Source of the DNA: Mageeibacillus sp. UBA5436
GTDB taxonomy: Bacteria; Bacillota; Clostridia; Saccharofermentanales; DTU023
DNA: 64,000 bases
Assembly: GCA_002427545.1 (NCBI GenBank)
Contig: DIRM01000046.1
Location: forward strand, 12,383 to 76,382
Direction of reading: 5' to 3'
The notes beneath the pieces are model-generated. The model was not told where the DNA came from. It did not search any database and saw only the letters and a program-made list of their open reading frames with translations. Below are positions 38,191-50,867 of the stretch, in pieces. The translations under genes were made by a program, and so were the position numbers. Positions within the stretch are counted from its first letter, which is position 1; each line of letters begins with the position of its first letter.

Positions 38191-38499
38191 ATGTACGCAA
38201 TTATTAAAACCGGTGGTAAACAATATAAAGTTACCGAAGGCGATGAGATTTTTATTGAAAAACTTGAAGGTGAAGCTGGAGATACAGTAAACTTTAATGA
38301 AGTATTAGCTGTTTCTAAGGACGAGGGATTATCGATTGGCTCACCATTTGTTGAAAATGCAACAGTGAGCGGTGAGATTGTTAAACATGGTAAAGGTAAA
38401 AAGATTGTTATCTTTAAGTATAAACCTAAAAAAACATACCGTAATAAAACAGGTCATCGTCAACCTTATACCAAAGTTAAAATCAATAGTATAGGATAA
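38191..38499 (+). CDS. rplU: 50S ribosomal protein L21
   Basis: [18 protein letters not shown]... is the canonical L21 N-terminus. 102 aa. Confidence 0.96.
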   Translation: MYAIIKTGGKQYKVTEGDEIFIEKLEGEAGDTVNFNEVLAVSKDEGLSIGSPFVENATVSGEIVKHGKGKKIVIFKYKPKKTYRNKTGHRQPYTKVKINSIG

Positions 38500-38505
38500 T
38501 ATACG

Positions 38506-38859
38506 ATGATAAAGGCAAGGTTTTGTTTTGATGAAAAACAAAGAGTTAATGATTTTCATTTGACAGGCCATGCAGATTTTTCAACCATAGGAAAAGATAT
38601 CTATTGTAGTGCGATATCAGCCATTGCTCAAACAGTGATTGGAACTTTGACAGAATTTTTAAAACCAGGAAAAGAATTTATTTATACATTAAATTCTGGT
38701 GAGATAGAATGTCAGATTTTAAATTATCACGAATTATCAAAAGAAAAACAGATTAGAGCAGAAAGTTTAATGTTATCAGCCTATATAGGTTTAAAACAAA
38801 TTGAGATGATAGAAGGACAAAAATATTTGTCCGTTTTGAAAGAAGAGGAATATTCATGA
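38506..38859 (+). CDS. prp: Ribosomal-processing cysteine protease Prp (YsxB family)
   Basis: Lies between rplU and rpmA. LTGHADF (His) and DIYCSAISA (Cys) give the catalytic dyad pattern. Confidence 0.88.
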   Translation: MIKARFCFDEKQRVNDFHLTGHADFSTIGKDIYCSAISAIAQTVIGTLTEFLKPGKEFIYTLNSGEIECQILNYHELSKEKQIRAESLMLSAYIGLKQIEMIEGQKYLSVLKEEEYS

Positions 38860-39137
38860 TTAGAGTTAATTTACAATTATTAGCCAGTAAAAAAGGTGTT
38901 GGAAGTACAAAAAATGGTCGTGATTCAAGATCCAAACGTTTAGGTGCTAAACTTGGTGATGGACAATATTGCTTAGCCGGAAATATTATCTATCGTCAAC
39001 GTGGTACCAAAATCCATCCAGGAGAAAATGTTGGCAAAGGTAAAGATGATACTTTGTTTGCTACGATTGATGGTCAAGTACGTTATGAAAGAATGGGACG
39101 CAAACATACAAAAGTTAGCGTATATCCAGCTGAATAA
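38856..39137 (+). CDS. rpmA: 50S ribosomal protein L27 with an N-terminal propeptide
   Basis: MIRVNLQLL followed by [15 protein letters not shown]. This is the Firmicute-type L27 precursor. 4-nt ATGA overlap with prp. Confidence 0.95.
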   Translation: MIRVNLQLLASKKGVGSTKNGRDSRSKRLGAKLGDGQYCLAGNIIYRQRGTKIHPGENVGKGKDDTLFATIDGQVRYERMGRKHTKVSVYPAE

Positions 39138-39172
39138 TTCACTAAAACAAATAAATTAATTTAAACAAGATC

Positions 39173-39199
39173 ACCCGGCTTTTTTAGTCGGGTTTTTTA
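39173..39199 (+). terminator. Rho-independent terminator after rpmA
   Basis: acccggct / agtcgggt stem (one G-U pair), followed by T6. Confidence 0.75.
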
Positions 39200-39246
39200 T
39201 TATGAAAAGTTAGCATAATAGATTATCTATTATTGACAGAAAGTAG

Positions 39247-40530
<1,284 letters not shown>

Positions 40531-40736
40531 AAAGAAAAGATTTTTGGGTGTAAAGATCTATTTCTTTTAAAATGATTTTTGATTATTCAATACTAGAAAA
40601 ATTCGGAAATGATATTATTGAAAGTATCCGTAAGAATTTCCGATACCTTGATAAGGTTGAAGTTTTTAATATGAGATGATAGAATTCTCTAAGAATATAA
40701 GCAAAAGCTTAATAAACATGTGGAAGGAACTAAATT

Positions 40737-40898
40737 ATGAAATCTTATGTATGTGACGTTTGTGGCTATATCTATGATCCTGCAGAAGGAGATCCAGATA
40801 ATGGAGTAAAACCAGGTACTGCTTTTGAAGATGTACCAGCTGATTGGTTATGCCCATTATGTGGTGCTGGCAAAGAAGATTTTTCAGTTGTTGATTAA
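40737..40898 (+). CDS. rd: Rubredoxin (53 aa)
   Basis: Missing from the ORF track because it is under 60 aa. My translation is [53 protein letters not shown], with two CxxCG knuckles. GGAAGGA RBS 8 nt upstream. Confidence 0.93.
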   Translation: MKSYVCDVCGYIYDPAEGDPDNGVKPGTAFEDVPADWLCPLCGAGKEDFSVVD

Positions 40899-40933
40899 TT
40901 GATTTGTAAAAAACACGATTTAAGACTTAAAAT

Positions 40934-40965
40934 GACTCTAAAGATGATTCTTTAGGGTCTTTTTA
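40934..40965 (+). terminator. Terminator after rubredoxin
   Basis: gactctaaag / ctttagggtc stem (one mismatch/wobble), followed by T5. Confidence 0.65.
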
Positions 40966-40979
40966 TTTCTGAAAATAAA

Positions 40980-41516
40980 TTAATCTTCAATTAATAGTTG
41001 AAATATTTCTTGATAGATCGTATTAGCTTCATTTTGCCATTTCTGACATATTTGTTTTGCCATTTGTTCGGTTGGAACAGTTAAAGTCAATGATATTACT
41101 TTTTCCCTATTATTTTCCTGTCCTAAAGTAATAATAAAATTATGATTTGCATTAATTTCATATTTAGCAATTAATTGCTCTTTTTTGGCTTTCTTTTCAC
41201 TTAATTGAGTTAAAAATTCAAAGACCTGTTTGGGAATTGTATTCTTAAGAGCTTTGAGAATGGCATGTCCTTCATTTGTGATGTTTAAACGATAAACAGG
41301 TTTGCCTGAGGCTGTTGTTTCAGCTTCTCCTTTATTGATTGAAGCATGCACTAAATTATGCTTAAGTAAACTTTCTAATGTCTCTGCCGCTGAAAAATAA
41401 TCTAGATATAATGAATTGATAGAACTGTCAATAATAGATTCACGAGTCGAATTAGGCAACATCTCAATAATAGCTAACATAATTAAACTAGCATCAGAAT
41501 AATTTTCTTGATTCAT
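40980..41516 (-). CDS. PadR-like winged-helix protein (DUF4364-like, by memory)
   Basis: 178 aa. N-terminal wHTH-like segment (LIMLAIIEMLPNSTRESIIDS...LESLLKHNLVHASI...YRLNITNEGHAILKAL). Last gene of a co-directional run after two ABC exporter genes. Confidence 0.45.
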   Translation of the reverse strand: MNQENYSDASLIMLAIIEMLPNSTRESIIDSSINSLYLDYFSAAETLESLLKHNLVHASINKGEAETTASGKPVYRLNITNEGHAILKALKNTIPKQVFEFLTQLSEKKAKKEQLIAKYEINANHNFIITLGQENNREKVISLTLTVPTEQMAKQICQKWQNEANTIYQEIFQLLIED

Positions 41517-41589
41517 TTCTATCCTTCTCCTTTTGATAAAAATACTACTTTATAATATTAATCTAGATTGCAAATAAAATCTTAAGAAC

Positions 41590-43419
41590 CTAAATATTTT
41601 TATCTATAATAAATTGACCAGTATATAAATTAAAATATTGACCTTTTTTCTCAATTAATTCTTGATGTGAACCCTGTTCAATAATTTTACCATCTTGCAT
41701 GACAAGAATTCGGTCGGCATTTTTTACAGTTGAGAGACGATGAGCAATAATCAAGGAAGTTCTATCTTTAAGAACTTCTTCAATTGCTTTTTGAATCTGC
41801 TTTTCGGTTTCTGTATCGATAGAAGAAGTGGCTTCATCCAAAACAAAAATAGCTGGATCAGCAATAAAAGCTCTAGCAAAAGAAATTAATTGCTTTTCTC
41901 CAGTTGATAAACGATTACCGCCTTCTCCGGCTGGTGTATCATATCCTTTTTCTAATTTTTGAATGAATTTATCAGCATGCACCAATTTAGCTGCAGCCTC
42001 AATTTCCAGCTTTGTTGCGTCAAGACGTCCATAACGAATATTGTCAGCAATGGTACCACTGAATAGATATGGTGTTTGTAAAACATATCCTAAATTTTGA
42101 TATATAAAAGCTTGAGGTAAATTTTGTATATCAATACCATCAAGGAGAATTTGACCTTTTTGAGGTTCATAAAACCGACAAGCCAAATTGACTAAAGTAG
42201 TTTTACCTGCACCAGTTTCACCTACAATAGCAATGGTCTCTCCTGCTTTAATTGTTAAATTTAAATTTTCGATAATAGGTTCATTTTCATTATAAAAGAA
42301 GCTGACATTCTTAAACTGTATTTCTCCTTTTAAAATAGGCCAACGTTTTTCCCCTTCACCATCTTTGAGCCCATATTCTTTAATGACATCTTCACTATCA
42401 GTGATTTCTACAGGCTGATTAATTAGGGTAATGACTCTTTCAGCTGCAGCTTGTGCAGACTGTATTTCACGAAAAACATTTGCCACTTGACGAATCGGAT
42501 CCCAAACCCTTAAAGCATAAGTGAAAAGGGCATATAAAGTCCCGATTTCTATAAGATTCTGTTGATAATTTTCACCACCAATGGTGAGGATGAGAGCCGC
42601 AACGACAATGCCAATTAAGGAAACAATTGGTAAAAAGAAAGCAGAAGCTTTAGCAGCTTTCATGGAACTTATTTTCATTTTGTGAGCAGTATCAAAAAAT
42701 TCCACTTCATTTTCTTTTTCTCTTAATAATGTTTTTGTGGTTTTCGCTCCGGTAATGCCTTCCGTAAATTCGCCTGTTATTTCAGAGTTTAGGCGCCTGA
42801 TTTCTCTTTGTGTATGTAATAATTTCTTTTGAAAAAAAACGGTGATAGCAACAATAAGTGGTATTGCAACAATGGCTATTAAAGCTAATTTATAATTTAA
42901 GATGAGCATAGCGATTAAGGTGAAAATAATTGAAAAACCGCCCCAAGTTAAATCAATTAAACTAGCAGAGATTACTTCACTTAATCTGGTAACATCGTTA
43001 ATCATACGTGATAATAGCCAACCAATTGGCCATTTATCGTAAAAACTAAAAGATAAATTCTGTAAATGCTCAAAACCTTTTTTTCGAACATTATAAGAAA
43101 TTTCAGATTCAAAATATCCAGACATAATTAACCAATGTCTCGTATTAAAAGCAATTGCAATTATAATAATAAAATAAATGGCAGAAAAGAGTACAAGACC
43201 ATCCGTGATATTACCTTCAATAAAATAATCGATAGCAAATCGGATCATCAGTGGAGAAATATTTTCTAAAACAGATAAAATAGTAAGGGAAATAAACAAA
43301 CTCCAAAATACACCCTTGGGTGGTGCTGATAATTTAATAAAATTAACCCAGGTACTAAAGTGAATTTTTTGATCTTGCTGATCGATTTTTTTTGTTGTTT
43401 TTGTATTTTTAGAACTCAT
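41590..43419 (-). CDS. ABC exporter permease/ATPase fusion, consensus-site half of a heterodimer
   Basis: Walker A GETGAGKTT and Walker B FVLDEATSSID (Glu present). Non-canonical signature LSTGEKQ. Confidence 0.88.
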   Translation of the reverse strand: MSSKNTKTTKKIDQQDQKIHFSTWVNFIKLSAPPKGVFWSLFISLTILSVLENISPLMIRFAIDYFIEGNITDGLVLFSAIYFIIIIAIAFNTRHWLIMSGYFESEISYNVRKKGFEHLQNLSFSFYDKWPIGWLLSRMINDVTRLSEVISASLIDLTWGGFSIIFTLIAMLILNYKLALIAIVAIPLIVAITVFFQKKLLHTQREIRRLNSEITGEFTEGITGAKTTKTLLREKENEVEFFDTAHKMKISSMKAAKASAFFLPIVSLIGIVVAALILTIGGENYQQNLIEIGTLYALFTYALRVWDPIRQVANVFREIQSAQAAAERVITLINQPVEITDSEDVIKEYGLKDGEGEKRWPILKGEIQFKNVSFFYNENEPIIENLNLTIKAGETIAIVGETGAGKTTLVNLACRFYEPQKGQILLDGIDIQNLPQAFIYQNLGYVLQTPYLFSGTIADNIRYGRLDATKLEIEAAAKLVHADKFIQKLEKGYDTPAGEGGNRLSTGEKQLISFARAFIADPAIFVLDEATSSIDTETEKQIQKAIEEVLKDRTSLIIAHRLSTVKNADRILVMQDGKIIEQGSHQELIEKKGQYFNLYTGQFIIDKNI

Positions 43420-43433
43420 ATTTTTCTCTTTAA

Positions 43434-45239
43434 TTATTCAGTATCATCTAACCAATTATATTGGATTTCATAAACTCTTTGATATAAGCCAGATTCTTTA
43501 ATCAAATCTTGATGTTTTCCAGATTGAGTGATTTTTCCATCTTCCATAACATAAATTTGATCTGCTTCATAAAGACTCGAAATTCGATGTGAAACAATAA
43601 TTGTTGTGGTATCAGAAGGCCGATTACTTAGAGATTTTCTAATCTCGCGATCAGTTTCTGTATCAACAGCTGAAAGAGAATCATCAAAAATTAAAATCGG
43701 ACAATCTCGAATCAAGGTTCTCGCTATGGCCAATCTTTGTCTTTGACCTCCTGACAAGGTCACACCTCTTTCACCAACTACAGTTTCATAACCTTGACTA
43801 AATTCCTTAATATCTTCATCTAAATGAGCGATTTTGGCATATTGCTGAATTCTTTTTTCAGAAGCATTTGGTTTAGAAATGCGGATGTTTTCTGCAATAC
43901 TTCGTGAATAAATATAAGATTCTTGCAAAATAAGACCGACTTGTCTACGTAGGCTATAGCGATTAATTTTTTCTACAGGAATATCGTCAAAAGTTAATTC
44001 ACCAGAATCTGGTTCATAAAGTTTTTGTAATAATAGTAAAAGACTTGATTTTCCAGAACCAGTTGGACCTAAGATTCCAATCGTTTGCCCAGCTTTTATT
44101 TGCATCTTGATATTTTGAATAACGGGTTCATTACCATCAGGATATTGAAAGGTCACATCATTAAAACAAATATTACCCGTTAATTCTGGTTCTAATAAAC
44201 CTTTATCATCTGGCTCGGGTTCGGCATCAAGGATTTCTTTTAATCGATTAAAAGAAATTTGTGCTTTACCAACATCAGCTAAAACTCTGGCTAAAATCCT
44301 TAAATGAACGAGCAAACGATCTGCATATGATATGAAAATAATAAGAACGCCAATACTCATGCCATATTTGATCACTCGTATTGTGCCAATGATAACAATT
44401 AAAGCCAATTCACCATTTGATAATAAATCGGAAAGAAACCAAAAATTTCCCATGACACGATATTGCTTAATGCTATAATCAAATAATGTTCGATGGCTTT
44501 TTTCTAATTGTTCTAATTCATATTCTTTTCTACCAAAGGCTTTAATGATGCGCATACCAGATAAATTTTCTTGTAAACGATTAGATAATTCTCCTTCGGT
44601 TATATCCCACAATTCAAAACTACTTCTTCTTTTTCTAAAATAAATTAATGAGGCTATGAAGAGAATAGGAGTTACAGAAAGAGCGACACCACTAAGCGGC
44701 AGGTCTAAATTAACCATAACGATAACCGATGTCAGAACGACAGTAATACAGCTAACAATTTGTAAAAATTGTACTTGTAAAAAGCGTCGGATTACCTCTA
44801 CATCACTAGTACATCTTTGAACTAAATCGCCAGTTTCGGCTTTTGCATGCCAAGCATATGGCAGCTTTTGTAAATGAGAAAAAAGCGTGCGACGCATTTT
44901 TTCTGCTCCGTTTTCAGCTGTTTTAGCTATACAAATATCAGAGATTAACTCGCATAATCCCTGTAAAGCAGTAACTGCAATTAAGACAATGCCAACAATT
45001 ATTAAATTTTTTAAAAGATATTCGCGGTCACCAAAATGAGCAAAAAACTTCATGACTATGTTTGAAGTTTGGGAATCTTCGCCAAGCAAAAGATTATCAA
45101 CGGTATAACCGATGATTAAAGGTAATAGCATTGCAATTAGAGCAGCGAGGATAATCGCAATAATTGCGCTAAAAAAAAGAAATCTTTCATCGCGATAAAA
45201 ACTAAAAAAATGTTGAAATGTTTTTTTCTTTTTATTCAT
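43434..45239 (-). CDS. ABC exporter permease/ATPase fusion, degenerate-site half of a heterodimer
   Basis: Walker A GPTGSGKSS and canonical signature LSGGQRQRLAIAR. Walker B is ILIFDDSLSAVD, with Asp in place of the catalytic Glu. Confidence 0.88.
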   Translation of the reverse strand: MNKKKKTFQHFFSFYRDERFLFFSAIIAIILAALIAMLLPLIIGYTVDNLLLGEDSQTSNIVMKFFAHFGDREYLLKNLIIVGIVLIAVTALQGLCELISDICIAKTAENGAEKMRRTLFSHLQKLPYAWHAKAETGDLVQRCTSDVEVIRRFLQVQFLQIVSCITVVLTSVIVMVNLDLPLSGVALSVTPILFIASLIYFRKRRSSFELWDITEGELSNRLQENLSGMRIIKAFGRKEYELEQLEKSHRTLFDYSIKQYRVMGNFWFLSDLLSNGELALIVIIGTIRVIKYGMSIGVLIIFISYADRLLVHLRILARVLADVGKAQISFNRLKEILDAEPEPDDKGLLEPELTGNICFNDVTFQYPDGNEPVIQNIKMQIKAGQTIGILGPTGSGKSSLLLLLQKLYEPDSGELTFDDIPVEKINRYSLRRQVGLILQESYIYSRSIAENIRISKPNASEKRIQQYAKIAHLDEDIKEFSQGYETVVGERGVTLSGGQRQRLAIARTLIRDCPILIFDDSLSAVDTETDREIRKSLSNRPSDTTTIIVSHRISSLYEADQIYVMEDGKITQSGKHQDLIKESGLYQRVYEIQYNWLDDTE

Positions 45240-45264
45240 TAAATTGGCCTTGCTAGTTATAATG

Positions 45265-45341
45265 TGGTGGGCGATGAGGGATTTGAACCCGCGACCTCTC
45301 GCATGTGACGCGAGCGCTCTAACCAGCTGAGCTAATCGCCC
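45265..45341 (-). tRNA. tRNA-Val (anticodon CAC)
   Basis: Reverse complement: gggcgattagctcagctggttagagcgctcgcgtCACatgcgagaggtcgcgggttcaaatccctcatcgcccacca. Val-like acceptor and D arm, A73, encoded CCA. One C-U mismatch in the T stem and G at position 32. Confidence 0.8.
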
Positions 45342-45592
45342 GAAAAAAAGATTTAGAAATCTTTAAAAACGATATATATGATAACATAAAAATACATTCA
45401 ACTAAATAAAGATTCAAGAGCTTTAATCACAAATTGCCTAAGATTATATTTAAAACTATTCTAGATTAGCTAAATAAGATAGCATTAATAAGGACTAATC
45501 AAAAATATAGAAAATTTGTTGTATAATTATAATGTTTAATTTAGACAAGTTTTAAATTCATTTAACTTATTTGAAGTAGGTGAAAGGACAAA

Positions 45593-46675
45593 ATGTTTAC
45601 TGCATTTATAACGATTCCTGATTTTTTTAAATATACATTTTTTGATCATAGTTTAATTAGCTGGATTTTAGCTGTTTTGCTCATTGTTTTAGCTTTTTCA
45701 ATAAAAAATTCTTTGGCTAAATTTTTTGTGTATATTTTAAAGAAAACATTGTTCAAGCATATTGGATTAAAGACAGAAGATAAATTAAAAAAGACTCTTT
45801 CTTGGATATTTCCATTGCTAGCGATAAGGCTTGTAAGCTTACTTTGGTTTAAAACGGATGTAGCTTTTTATCAAATTATTAATCCGATATTGCTCTCATT
45901 AACTATTATTTGGTTATTAATTTTCAGTGAAATTATCATTCATGAGTTTATCCATTATTTGTCACAAAGAAAATCAGAATATATTAATGAGACAATTTAT
46001 TCTGCTTTGATGCAAATTATTCGTGGCTGTTTGATTATGTTAGGAATCATCATGGTTTTGAATTCCTTTAATATCAATGTTGCAGCCTTGATTACGGGTC
46101 TTGGTATTGGTGGTTTAGCTGTTTCAATGGCAGCAAAAGATATCATTGCTAATTTGATTGGTGGATTTACCATTATGACCGAGCAAATTTTTGAAATAGG
46201 TGACTATATCGCAAATCCAGAGATAGAAGGAACCGTAGAAGATATTAAATTTCGTCAATCTAAAATAAGAGCAGGAAATGAAAGCCTTATTATTGTACCT
46301 AATTCAAAATTAACAGAAAATTATGTCATTAATTATTCTAGGATGGGTAAACGTAGAGTAGATCTTTATGTTTATTTACCACTTTCAATTAAAAATGAAA
46401 AGATTGAGCAATTGTCTGAGTATATTAAAGATTACTTGAAGCAGGCAGAAAACATTCTACCAGAATCCCAATATTTATCGATTGAGTCAATAGAAAAAGA
46501 TTTTATTAAATATTATGTCCGTTATTATATATCGAATACAACTTATAGCTTTTTTATGGAAGAAAGAGATCGTATCTATAAGCTGATTCGACAATTTCTG
46601 ATGAATCATCATTTGGAGCAACCTTATGCAAAAATTGAGTTTATTCCAGAGAAATTTCCCATTAAAAAAGAATAG
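45593..46675 (+). CDS. Mechanosensitive ion channel, MscS family
   Basis: Several TM helices, then GIGGLAVSMAAKDIIANLIGGFTIMTEQIFEIGDYI, which is the conserved MscS pore helix and beta-domain junction. Confidence 0.85.
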   Translation: MFTAFITIPDFFKYTFFDHSLISWILAVLLIVLAFSIKNSLAKFFVYILKKTLFKHIGLKTEDKLKKTLSWIFPLLAIRLVSLLWFKTDVAFYQIINPILLSLTIIWLLIFSEIIIHEFIHYLSQRKSEYINETIYSALMQIIRGCLIMLGIIMVLNSFNINVAALITGLGIGGLAVSMAAKDIIANLIGGFTIMTEQIFEIGDYIANPEIEGTVEDIKFRQSKIRAGNESLIIVPNSKLTENYVINYSRMGKRRVDLYVYLPLSIKNEKIEQLSEYIKDYLKQAENILPESQYLSIESIEKDFIKYYVRYYISNTTYSFFMEERDRIYKLIRQFLMNHHLEQPYAKIEFIPEKFPIKKE

Positions 46676-46868
46676 AATAAATAAAGATAGTCAAATTAAG
46701 AAACAGACTAATTAAATGCGATAATTTCAAAATTCTGTTTTAATAAAGTTAAGGTTTCTTGCTAAAATATGACGAATCTAATAAAATCAAAGTTTAAGAA
46801 TAAAAGGATACGAATAACAGCTTAATAATTTAAGTTGAGATAAATAAAAAGAGGAATATTTTATAAAA

Positions 46869-48182
46869 ATGAAAATACCTTTCTATAAACAACCATGGTT
46901 TGCAGCTATATCAATCGTTTTAGCTTTTGTTATGATTTTATCATTTAGTGTGAATGCTCTATGGCAAAGTACTTTTGGACAAATAAATCGGCTTAATGCA
47001 AAGGCTAATACTAATATTAAAGATAGTGATATTAATGTTCTAGAAAAAGAAATATCAAAAAATCCAATTTCTTATGATAAAGAAATAACCAATATTTTAT
47101 TATTGGGTATTGATTCACGAGATCCAGATGAGATTAATACACGTTCTGATACGATAATGATTTTAACCGTAAATCAAAAACAAAAGAAACTTAAATTAAC
47201 TTCCTTGCAAAGAGATATGCTTGTACCATTGCCTGATACAGATGAAATGGATAAATTAACACATGCTAATGTCTATGGTGGACCAGAATATATGATACAA
47301 ACGATTAATGATATTTTAAGATTAGATATTGATCGTTATGTTGTTGTAAATATGAGAAATCTAGAAAAAATTATTGATAAACTTGATGGAATAGAAATTG
47401 ATGTTCCTGAAGAAGCATATGGATTTCTTGATCCCATTATTGATGAACAAAATAATGTTTTTTCAGATACACCAGCTTCTCCTTATGTTACAAAATCAGG
47501 TTTACAAGTTTTAAATGGACGTCAAAGTGTTGCATATGCACGTAATCGTTCCACTGCAGGTTCAGATTATGATCGTATGGGCTATCAAAGAGAGGTAGTA
47601 CAAGCAATGCTTACGAAATTTTTGGATGTTAATTTAACCCAAAAATTAGAAGTTGTAAAAGAAGGAATGAGCTGTGTTACTACCAATTTAAGTGAGACTG
47701 AAATATTAGGTATGATGCAATCTGTTTTACCAATTGTGGATGAGGAAATAGAGACTTTAACTGTTCCAATTGAAGGATATAATACAGAATACAGTGGTGA
47801 GGTTTGGCTTAATTTATGTGATTTTAATGGCATGATTCCACTGATTCAAGAATTTATATATGGTAAAACATTTGACTTTGATCCCGTTCCTGAAATTCCA
47901 GGTGCACCTAATAGTTCAAGTGAAATTGATGATGTTCCAGTTGATGAATGGGTAACAAATCCAGAATATTATGAAGAATACTATGGACCAACAGAGTATT
48001 ATGAACCAACGCAATATTATGATCCAAATCAAAATTTACCATTAGAGACGACATATGATGCTCCAAATTATTATCCAACAGAAAATGTGACAGATCCTGT
48101 TATTACAGACCCTCTGCCAACAGAAGCACCTGCTATTGAAAATACGGTGGCCGATCAACCGATGGACGGACCCGTATATTAA
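46869..48182 (+). CDS. LytR-CpsA-Psr (LCP) family cell-wall glycopolymer transferase with a Tyr/Pro/Glu-rich tail
   Basis: N-terminal TM helix. ILLLGIDSRD....RSDTIMILTV and NGRQSVAYARNR motifs. Confidence 0.85.
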   Translation: MKIPFYKQPWFAAISIVLAFVMILSFSVNALWQSTFGQINRLNAKANTNIKDSDINVLEKEISKNPISYDKEITNILLLGIDSRDPDEINTRSDTIMILTVNQKQKKLKLTSLQRDMLVPLPDTDEMDKLTHANVYGGPEYMIQTINDILRLDIDRYVVVNMRNLEKIIDKLDGIEIDVPEEAYGFLDPIIDEQNNVFSDTPASPYVTKSGLQVLNGRQSVAYARNRSTAGSDYDRMGYQREVVQAMLTKFLDVNLTQKLEVVKEGMSCVTTNLSETEILGMMQSVLPIVDEEIETLTVPIEGYNTEYSGEVWLNLCDFNGMIPLIQEFIYGKTFDFDPVPEIPGAPNSSSEIDDVPVDEWVTNPEYYEEYYGPTEYYEPTQYYDPNQNLPLETTYDAPNYYPTENVTDPVITDPLPTEAPAIENTVADQPMDGPVY

Positions 48183-48227
48183 AATTAAAGTAAGGCATCA
48201 TGATTTAATTAGGAAAAGGATATCTTA

Positions 48228-48647
48228 ATGTTTGATATTGTAGTAATTCTTTATTTTATTTATCAAATTATCTTTGGCTGGCGCCAAGGTTTTGTTGATG
48301 TACTTTTGCGTTTCATTATTAGCATTATTTCCTTAATTTTGATTTTTGTGATATTCACCTTTTTTAAAAAAGTTTTTTTGCAAAACATAGTTTATATTCT
48401 TTTGATTTGGCTTTTGTTTATTGTGTCTAAGTCAATTTTGTATTTTATAATCAAGAATCTCACAAAAATTTTACATAAAATACCAATCATTGGCTTACTT
48501 AATCGAATTTTAGGTAGTACTTTAGCAGGCTTATTGGCCATCATTGTGATTTTTGCTGCCATTAGCCTTCTTAAGGCATTTGCGCCCTTATCTACTGAAA
48601 TTAAAATGATTTTAGAGAAATCAATATTATTTCATTCAAAATTTTAA
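48228..48647 (+). CDS. CvpA-family small membrane protein
   Basis: 139 aa, four TM helices. The N-terminal FDIVVILYFIYQIIFGWRQGFV resembles CvpA (colicin V production protein family). Confidence 0.55.
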   Translation: MFDIVVILYFIYQIIFGWRQGFVDVLLRFIISIISLILIFVIFTFFKKVFLQNIVYILLIWLLFIVSKSILYFIIKNLTKILHKIPIIGLLNRILGSTLAGLLAIIVIFAAISLLKAFAPLSTEIKMILEKSILFHSKF

Positions 48648-48705
48648 TTAATAATTAATTTCATATTTTCTTCAAATTTGGTCATAATTCTTCTTTTTAA
48701 ATTTC

Positions 48706-48734
48706 TTGACAAAAGAATAACAAGAATTTATATT
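48706..48734 (+). promoter_or_regulatory. SigA promoter of groESL
   Basis: TTGACA (48706-48711), 17-nt spacer, TATATT (48729-48734). Confidence 0.6.
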
Positions 48735-48738
48735 AGCT

Positions 48739-48765
48739 TTAGCACTCGGATGTAAAGAGTGCTAA
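48739..48765 (+). promoter_or_regulatory. CIRCE operator (HrcA binding site) upstream of groES
   Basis: TTAGCACTC-ggatgtaaa-GAGTGCTAA, an exact consensus match. Confidence 0.95.
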
Positions 48766-48794
48766 AATAATCAAAAAATAAATTATATATATGA

Positions 48795-49094
<300 letters not shown>

Positions 49095-49116
49095 ACGATC
49101 AGAACATAAAATTTAG

Positions 49117-50742
<1,626 letters not shown>

Positions 50743-50779
50743 TAGATTTTAATAAATTTGTTCTAAATAAACAAAAGAG

Positions 50780-50811
50780 ATGGCTTTATCCTTATGATAA
50801 AGCCATTTTTT
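50780..50811 (+). terminator. Rho-independent terminator after groEL
   Basis: atggctttatc / gataaagccat 11-bp stem, followed by T5. Confidence 0.85.
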
Positions 50812-50867
50812 ATATTGGTTTTGCTAAAAGATTGAATTTAAATGCATCACCAATTATACTGTTACAG

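Noticed and set aside
38096-38290. 64-aa ORF overlapping the rplU leader and the rplU 5' end.
   Set aside because: It starts inside the promoter -10 region, is out of frame with rplU, and has no RBS. The region is better explained as promoter plus leader RNA.
40572-40679. 35-aa ORF (MIFDYSILEKFGNDIIESIRKNFRYLDKVEVFNMR) containing an 8-bp inverted repeat (tcggaaat at 40603-40610 / atttccga at 40636-40643), between obg and rubredoxin.
   Set aside because: It has no Shine-Dalgarno sequence and no recognisable motif. The inverted repeat is short and matches no operator consensus I know (Rex, PerR, Fur). It could be a small protein or a gene remnant, but the evidence is insufficient.
50832-50867. 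TTG at 50832 as the start of the 430-aa hypothetical protein.
   Set aside because: Not firmly rejected. Neither the TTG at 50832 nor the ATG at 50868 has a convincing RBS. The ATG was chosen because it is the more common start codon and the extra 12 residues add nothing recognisable. The start remains uncertain.
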